In this document: positions 36,845 to 40,650 of the stretch, piece by piece | Layout: each line of letters opens with the position of its first letter | Numbering within the stretch: position 1 is the stretch's first letter | Source: Gammaproteobacteria bacterium | GTDB lineage: Bacteria; Pseudomonadota; Gammaproteobacteria; Arenicellales; Poriferihabitantaceae | Direction: 5' to 3' | Length of the DNA stretch: 40,650 nucleotides | NCBI GenBank assembly: GCA_028817015.1 | Contig: JAPPQJ010000021.1 | Location: 1-40,650 of the forward strand | Notes under the pieces: generated by a model | Told to the model about the DNA's origin: nothing | Seen by the model: the letters and a program-made list of their open reading frames with translations, nothing else | Databases searched by the model: none | Program-made: the position numbers and the translations under genes

Positions 36845-39280
36845 ATGAAAAACCACGCGGAAATCGTCATCATCGGCGGCGGCGTGATGGGTTGCTCGTT
36901 GGCCTACCACCTGTGCAAAGAGGGGCAGACCGACGTCATCCTGCTGGAAAAAGGCGAGTTGACCAGCGGCTCGACCTGGCACGCGGCCGGGCAGATCACC
37001 CACTCGGTGAGCCACTACGCGCTGGCCCAAATGGCCGCTTACGGCACCGCCCTGTATCCGCAACTGGAGCGCGAAACCGGCCAGTCCTGCAATTGGCACG
37101 GTTGCGGCAGTTTGCGCATGGCCTACCACGAAGACGAGGTGGACTGGCTGCGCTACACGCTGTCGGTGAACAAGGGCCTGGGGCACGCCATGGAAATCAT
37201 CGGCCCGCGGCGCATCGCCGAGTTGCACCCTTTCTACCAACTGGACGGAGTGAAAGCGGCGTTGCACACCCCGCGCGACGGCCATGTTGACCCGGCCGGG
37301 GTTTGCCTGGCCATGGCCAAAGGCGCGCGCCGGGCGGGGGCCACGGTGATGCGCCGCAACCGCGCCCGCGGCATCAGCGTGCGCCGCGGCGGCGAATTCA
37401 CCGTGCACACTGAGCGGGGCGACATCACCGCGCACACCGTGGTCAACGCCGGCGGCGTCTATGCGCGGCAAATCGGCCAGTGGGTCGGCCTCGACCTGCC
37501 CATCGCCAACCTCCTGCATCACTACCTGGTCACCGACCGGGTGCCGGAGTTTGCGCAATTACCGGGCGAGTTGCCGGTGGTGCGCGACGACCGGGAAGTG
37601 TCGGGCTACATCCGCATGGAACAACAATCCGGGCTAATCGGCATTTACGAGAAAACCGGCGCGGTGACGGTGTGGGACGACGGCGCGCCGTGGGAATCGG
37701 AAAACGAGCTGTTCGAGGCCGACTACCAGAAAATCATGCCGTGGCTGGCCAACGCCATGGCGCGCATGCCGGTATTGGCCGAACGCGGCATCAAGCGCGC
37801 GGTGCGGGGCGCCATCACTCATCCGCCGGATGGTCAGATGCTGTTGGGGCCTTCGGGGGTGCGCAATTTCTGGCTGTGCTGCGGCGCGCAGGTTGGCATC
37901 GCCTGGGGGCCGGGGGCCGGCAAATACCTGGCGCAGTGGATGCTCCACGGTGCCGCCGACATCTCCATGCAGGCCTTCGACCCGCGCCGCTTCGGGGCCG
38001 TGCTGGATGACCGATACCGCATCGGCAAGGCGGTGGAGGACTATGCCTTGCGCCACGAAATTCCCTATCCCGCGCGCGACCGCCCGGCCTGCCGGCCGTC
38101 TCATTCCAGGACCTCGCCGCTGTATGAAACGCTCAAGCACAAAGGCGCCGTCTATGAGGAAGTGTTCGGCTGGGAGCGCCCGCAGTGGTATGCGGCGGAT
38201 GGCGTGCCGCGCGCGCCCATTGACAGTTTCAGGCGCACCAGGTTGCACGACATCATCGGTGCCGAGGTGGCCGGGCTGCGCGCCCACGCCGGCATCGCCG
38301 ACCTGAGCGCCTTCGCCAAGGTCGAGGTGTCGGGCGCGGGGGCGGGCGCATTTTTGCAGAGAATCTCGTCCAACTTGCTGCCGCACCGCGACGGTGCGCT
38401 GTGCCTGACTTACTTCATCCTCGACAACGGCCGCATCGAAGGCGAGGCCACGCTCCTGAAACTCGGCGGCAACCGCTACTACCTGGTCTATGCCGCGGCC
38501 CGCGAAGCGGCGCTGCTCGACTGGATGAAATCACGGGTGCCAGGCGGTGAGGCGGTGCGCTTCGACAATTTATCCGAGGCTTACGGCGTGCTCCTGGTGG
38601 CCGGGCCGAAATCCCGGGACATCTTAGCCGCGTGCACCGGCGCTGCGCTGGACAACGCCCGTTTCCCGTGGCTGTCGGCGCGCCCCATCGCGCTCGGCGG
38701 GGTCGAAAACATCCGCGCCATGCGGGTAACCTACACCGGCGAACTGGGCTGGGAACTGCATGTGCCGATGCCGGGCATGGCGGCGGTTTACCGGGCCCTC
38801 ACCTCAACCGGGCCCGGTCGCGGCCTGGTGCATGTCGGCTCCGCGGCGTTAGGCGCGATGCGCATGGAAAAAGGCTACCGCTCCGGCCGCGAATTGACCC
38901 AGGAAGTCACCATGGCCGAGGCCGGCATCCTGCGCTTCGCCCGCGCCGGCCCATTCCAGGGGCGCGCCGCCACCGTGGCCGCGCCGCGCCGGTGGCGCCT
39001 GGTCTGCCTGCGGCTGGATGAACCGGCGCCCGGCCAAATCGCCGCCGACCCGCTCGGCGCGGAGGCGGTGTGCCGGCAAGGTGAAGTGGTCGGGCACATT
39101 TCCTCGGGGGGCTACGGCTACGCGGCCGGCTGCTATCTGGGCTTCGCCTATGTCGACCCCGCCACGGCCCGCGCCGGCACTGAACTGGAAGTGCAGGTGT
39201 TAGGCGCGCCCCGGCGCGCGGTGGTCGTTGAGCAACCGCTGCGCGACCCGCATAACAAACTGCCGCGGGATGTTGAATGA
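36845..39280 (+). CDS. FAD-dependent N-methyl amino acid dehydrogenase with GcvT (THF-binding) domain, dimethylglycine dehydrogenase-like
   Basis: IIGGGVMG.SLAYHL, LTSGSTWHAAG, DGHVDP, GWERP.WYA, DLS.FAK, R.TYTGELGWELH, RMEKGYR. 811 aa. Confidence 0.9.
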   Translation: MKNHAEIVIIGGGVMGCSLAYHLCKEGQTDVILLEKGELTSGSTWHAAGQITHSVSHYALAQMAAYGTALYPQLERETGQSCNWHGCGSLRMAYHEDEVDWLRYTLSVNKGLGHAMEIIGPRRIAELHPFYQLDGVKAALHTPRDGHVDPAGVCLAMAKGARRAGATVMRRNRARGISVRRGGEFTVHTERGDITAHTVVNAGGVYARQIGQWVGLDLPIANLLHHYLVTDRVPEFAQLPGELPVVRDDREVSGYIRMEQQSGLIGIYEKTGAVTVWDDGAPWESENELFEADYQKIMPWLANAMARMPVLAERGIKRAVRGAITHPPDGQMLLGPSGVRNFWLCCGAQVGIAWGPGAGKYLAQWMLHGAADISMQAFDPRRFGAVLDDRYRIGKAVEDYALRHEIPYPARDRPACRPSHSRTSPLYETLKHKGAVYEEVFGWERPQWYAADGVPRAPIDSFRRTRLHDIIGAEVAGLRAHAGIADLSAFAKVEVSGAGAGAFLQRISSNLLPHRDGALCLTYFILDNGRIEGEATLLKLGGNRYYLVYAAAREAALLDWMKSRVPGGEAVRFDNLSEAYGVLLVAGPKSRDILAACTGAALDNARFPWLSARPIALGGVENIRAMRVTYTGELGWELHVPMPGMAAVYRALTSTGPGRGLVHVGSAALGAMRMEKGYRSGRELTQEVTMAEAGILRFARAGPFQGRAATVAAPRRWRLVCLRLDEPAPGQIAADPLGAEAVCRQGEVVGHISSGGYGYAAGCYLGFAYVDPATARAGTELEVQVLGAPRRAVVVEQPLRDPHNKLPRDVE

Positions 39281-39327
39281 GTCCAGCCGTGGCCGGGTAG
39301 CGGCGGGGCAGAGACCTTCAGGTTGTT

Positions 39328-39659
39328 TCAGGTTGCCTCATGCCGCCTGATGGGTTTTCCGCATTCCTTGCATCTGCGCTTGAAGTTCCTTCAGGTTCTC
39401 CTGCTTGTCGACCCATCCGCCCTTATGCCCGCCAACGATGGGTCCATCGGCGAGCGGTGGTTCATAACCCGGCGTTTCATTTCCCCGGCGAGGGCGTCGT
39501 GTCGCGAGCGGATTTTGGACAGAGCCACCAGCCCCGTCTCCTCGCAGCCCCGGGTGCTGACGCTCTTCCTGATCGACCCGGCGAACAGGCGCATCTCCAC
39601 ATGCTCGCCAGGCAGTGCTTGCCGCAAAGCGACGCCGGGTTGACTGCCCACATCCTTAT
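39328..39659 (-). pseudogene. Frameshifted pyrimidine-dimer DNA glycosylase / endonuclease V-like gene
   Basis: Stitching frames gives RMWAVNPASLCGKH / GEHVEMRLFAGSI...GLV...I.SRHDALAGEM.RR..NHRSPM / VDKQENLKEL / KRRCKECGKPI*, matching my recollection of the family pattern MRMW..P..LC..HL.GEH.E.H....RH..L..EM..RG..H.SP. Disruptions near 39612, 39420 and 39382. Start codon appears to have decayed to ATA. Confidence 0.7.
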
Positions 39660-39811
39660 AACGCGATACTGTATCACATATTCAACTCATCCGGTGCTGA
39701 GGCATCTTCGCCCGCCGGGGGGCTATACAAACCCGCAAAACAAATCCATAATCCGCGCCTTTATGCACTTTGCCCGTGTCAGCCGATTAACTTGAACACC
39801 CACATAAACCC

Positions 39812-40650
39812 ATGTCCGATATTGAAATCGCGCAGAACGCGCCGCTCCAACCGATAGCCGACATCGCCGCAAGGCTGGATATTCCCCATCAATCGCTGAT
39901 GCCTTTCGGCCACACCAAGGCCAAGGTCAGCCTGGATTTCATCGACTCGCTGAGCCGGCGGCCGAACGGCAAACTCATCCTGGTCACGGCGATTACCCCG
40001 ACCCCGGCGGGGGAGGGCAAGACCACCACTTCGGTGGGCCTGACCGACGGCCTGAACCGCATCGGCAAAAAGACCATGGTGTGTCTGCGCGAGCCGTCGC
40101 TGGGCCCGTGCTTCGGGATGAAAGGCGGGGCGGCCGGCGGCGGCTACGCGCAGGTGGTCCCGATGGAGGACATCAATTTGCACTTCACCGGCGATTTCCA
40201 CGCCATCACCTCGGCCCACGCGCTGTTGTCGGCGCTCATCGACAACCACATTTACTGGGGCAACCAGGCCGGCCTCGACCCCCGGCGGGTGACCTGGCGG
40301 CGGGTGGTGGACATGAACGACCGCGCGTTGCGGCAAATCATTAGCTCGTTGGGCGGCGCGGCCAACGGCTACCCGCGCGAGGACGGCTTCGACATCACCG
40401 TGGCCTCCGAGGTGATGGCGATTTTCTGCCTGGCCCGCGATGCCGCCGATTTGGAGCAACGCTTAAGCCGCATCGTCATCGGCTACACCCGCGAGCGAAA
40501 GCCGGTGCGCGCCGACGCGGTGCTGGCGCCGGGGCCGATGACCGTGCTGCTGAAAGACGCCATTGCGCCGAACCTGGTGCAGACCCTGGAGCACAACCCG
40601 GCGTTCATCCACGGCGGCCCGTTCGCCAACATCGCGCACGGCTGCAACTC
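39812..40650 (+). CDS. fhs: Formate--tetrahydrofolate ligase (partial, runs off window end)
   Basis: Manual translation: MSDIEIAQ...[28 protein letters not shown]..., [55 protein letters not shown]. Confidence 0.97.
   Translation, partial: MSDIEIAQNAPLQPIADIAARLDIPHQSLMPFGHTKAKVSLDFIDSLSRRPNGKLILVTAITPTPAGEGKTTTSVGLTDGLNRIGKKTMVCLREPSLGPCFGMKGGAAGGGYAQVVPMEDINLHFTGDFHAITSAHALLSALIDNHIYWGNQAGLDPRRVTWRRVVDMNDRALRQIISSLGGAANGYPREDGFDITVASEVMAIFCLARDAADLEQRLSRIVIGYTRERKPVRADAVLAPGPMTVLLKDAIAPNLVQTLEHNPAFIHGGPFANIAHGCN

Noticed and set aside
39690-39811. Possible ZTP or THF riboswitch upstream of fhs
   Set aside because: I could not find the conserved ZTP or THF aptamer sequence elements. The leader is short and AC-rich.
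1-40650. CRISPR arrays, tRNA/rRNA, transposases, integrases, defence systems
   Set aside because: No regularly spaced repeats, cloverleaf signatures or matching protein motifs were seen on either strand.

Overview
GC-rich (roughly 64-65% by eye) bacterial chromosomal segment, most likely a gammaproteobacterium (GshA, RhlB-TrxA-Rho, L31 and S21 are of that type). No rRNA, tRNA, CRISPR array, transposase or phage module was found. Contents in order: the start of an ABC ATPase; gshA and dusA; a co-oriented ~14 kb, 16-gene aromatic catabolic block (TRAP transporter interleaved with paaB/C/D/E/G/I/K but no paaA/Z/J/F/H, followed by an MBL-fold protein, FAD monooxygenase, hmgA, fumarylacetoacetase, maiA and a DUF2783 protein); housekeeping genes (rhlB, trxA, rho, rpmE, nuclease, hemL, CDF, MscS, acylphosphatase, Cys4-LID adk, isolated rpsU, bolA); and a methyl-group/betaine-flavoured region (homocysteine S-methyltransferase fused to a class I SAM methyltransferase; Rieske oxygenase, HpbD-like enolase-superfamily enzyme and class III aminotransferase; dimethylglycine dehydrogenase-like GcvT protein; fhs). 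Best leads: a possible hybrid phenylacetyl-CoA-to-homogentisate pathway, the two-methyltransferase fusion, a frameshifted pyrimidine-dimer glycosylase pseudogene not recoverable from any single ORF, and strong AGCT depletion suggesting a methylation footprint. All calls come from motif recognition without database searches.
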